Shown here piece after piece: positions 62,347-64,000 of a DNA stretch of 64,000 nt. A program made the translations under genes and the position numbers. Origin of the DNA: Ranitomeya imitator (lineage: Eukaryota); the NCBI RefSeq assembly GCF_032444005.1, contig NC_091289.1:172360001-172424000 (forward strand), read 5' to 3'. The notes beneath the pieces were generated by a model. It was not told where the DNA came from, ran no database searches, and was given only the letters and a program-made list of their open reading frames with translations. Every line of letters starts with the position of its first letter. Position 1 is the first letter of the stretch.

Positions 62347-64000
62347 ATGTATATTCAGGCTCTGTGCTCCTCAATGGATAATCTCGTTATAAATGTACAA
62401 AAGATTCAAGATACAATTGATCAGAAATCTATGCTAGAACCAAGAATTCCTATTCCTGATTTGTTTTTTGGTGATAGAACTAAGTTTCTGAGCTTCAAAA
62501 ATAATTGTAAGCTATTTTTGGCCTTGAAACCTCATTCTTCTGGTGATTCAGTTCAACAGGTTTTAATTATTATTTCTTTTTTGCGCGGCGACCCTCAGGA
62601 CTGGGCATTTTCTCTTGCGCCAGGAGACCCTGCATTGAGTGGTGTCGATGCGTTTTTCCTGGCGCTCGGAATGCTTTACGATGAGCCTAATTCAGTGGAT
62701 CAGGCTGAAAAAAATTTGCTGGCTTTGTGCCACGGTCAGGATGATATAGAAGTATATTGTCAGAAATTTAGAAAGTGGTCAGTACTCACTCTGTGGAATG
62801 AATCTGCGCTGGCAGCTTTGTTCAGAAAGGGTCTCTCTGAGGCTCTTAAGGATGTCATGGTGGGATTTCCTATGCCTGCTGGTTTGAATGAGTCTATGTC
62901 TTTGGCCATTCAGATCGGTCGTCGCTTGCGCGAGCGTAAATCTGTGCACCATCTGGCGGTATTGTCTGAGATTAAACCTGAGCCTATGCAGTGCGATAGG
63001 ACTATGACCAGAGTTGAACGGCAAGAACACAGACGTCTGAATGGGCTGTGTTTCTACTGTGGTGATTCCACTCATGCTATTTCTGATTGTCCTAAGCGCA
63101 CTAAGCGGTTCGATAGGTCTGCCGTCATTGGTACTGTACAGTCCAAGTTCCTTCTGTCCATTACCTTGATATGCTCTTTGTCATCGTATTCTGTCATGGC
63201 GTTTGTGGATTCAGGCGCTGCCCTGAATCTGATGGATTTGGATTATGCTAAACGTTGTGGATTTTTCTTGGAGCCTTTGCGGTGCCCTATTCCGTTGAGA
63301 GGAATTGATGCTACACCTTTGGCCAAGAATAAGCCTCAGTACTGGGCCCAGCTGACCATGTGCATGGCTCCTGCACATCAGGAGGTTATTCGCTTTCTGG
63401 TGCTGCATAATCTGCATGATGTGGTCGTGTTGGGGTTGCCATGGCTACAAACCCATAATCCAGTATTGGATTGGAACTCTATGTCGGTATCCAGCTGGGG
63501 TTGTCAGGGGGTACATGGTGATGTTCCATTTTTGTCTATTTCGTCATCTACTCCTTCTGAGGTCCCAGAGTTCTTGTCTGATTATCAGGATGTATTTGAA
63601 GAGCCCAAGTCCGATGCCCTACCTCCGCATAGGGATTGTGATTGTGCTATCAATTTGATTCCTGGTAGTAAATTCCCTAAAGGTCGTTTATTTAATTTAT
63701 CCGTGCCTGAACACACCGCTATGCGCAGTTATGTGAAAGAATCCCTGGAGAAGGGACATATTCGCCCATCGTCATCACCACTGGGAGCAGGGTTCTTTTT
63801 TGTAGCCAAGAAGGATGGTTCGCTAAGACCGTGTATTGATTACCGCCTTCTTAATAAGATCACTGTTAAGTTTCAGTATCCCTTGCCATTGATATCTGAC
63901 TTGTTTGCTCGGATTAAGGGGGCTAGTTGGTTCACTAAGATAGATCTTCGTGGTGCGTATAATCTGGTGAGAATCAGGCAAGGAGATGAATGGAAAACGG
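62347..64000 (+). CDS. Gypsy element 2 Gag-Pol, open to the window end (Gag, CCHC, protease, start of RT)
   Basis: Manual translation from ATG 62347 shows no stop over 551 codons; ends [27 protein letters not shown]...[21 protein letters not shown]. Absent from the ORF track because no stop lies in the window. Confidence 0.92.
   Translation, partial: MYIQALCSSMDNLVINVQKIQDTIDQKSMLEPRIPIPDLFFGDRTKFLSFKNNCKLFLALKPHSSGDSVQQVLIIISFLRGDPQDWAFSLAPGDPALSGVDAFFLALGMLYDEPNSVDQAEKNLLALCHGQDDIEVYCQKFRKWSVLTLWNESALAALFRKGLSEALKDVMVGFPMPAGLNESMSLAIQIGRRLRERKSVHHLAVLSEIKPEPMQCDRTMTRVERQEHRRLNGLCFYCGDSTHAISDCPKRTKRFDRSAVIGTVQSKFLLSITLICSLSSYSVMAFVDSGAALNLMDLDYAKRCGFFLEPLRCPIPLRGIDATPLAKNKPQYWAQLTMCMAPAHQEVIRFLVLHNLHDVVVLGLPWLQTHNPVLDWNSMSVSSWGCQGVHGDVPFLSISSSTPSEVPEFLSDYQDVFEEPKSDALPPHRDCDCAINLIPGSKFPKGRLFNLSVPEHTAMRSYVKESLEKGHIRPSSSPLGAGFFFVAKKDGSLRPCIDYRLLNKITVKFQYPLPLISDLFARIKGASWFTKIDLRGAYNLVRIRQGDEWKT

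Overview
Repeat-dominated vertebrate genomic DNA, most likely an anuran (frog); this is inferred from the repeat families (V-SINE, Tc1, T2/Kolobok-, Harbinger-, hAT- and piggyBac-type non-autonomous elements). No host gene can be named; only a few low-confidence candidate exons are seen. Contents: (1) five non-autonomous Helitrons or fragments (a^TC...hairpin-CTAG^t), four clustered at 27-35 kb, including a head-to-tail CTAG|TC junction; (2) one of them (30518-33379) carries an apparently complete transcription unit with an intact 655-aa ORF made of nine 56-aa basic repeats plus two 23-aa STPR-like repeats, but no Rep/helicase, which is the most unusual feature; (3) four Penelope-like retroelement remnants, three carrying minimal type I hammerhead motifs whose 3-8 core pair is non-canonical but compensated (A3-U8 twice, U3-A8 once) and one carrying a 3' half motif; (4) a tandem pair of chromodomain-type Ty3/gypsy elements sharing a central LTR, the first with an in-frame loss of RT/RNase H; (5) nested DNA transposons, solo LTRs and several tandem arrays, including a 7.1-kb 31-bp satellite. 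Family names come from recognising motifs by eye; no database search was run.
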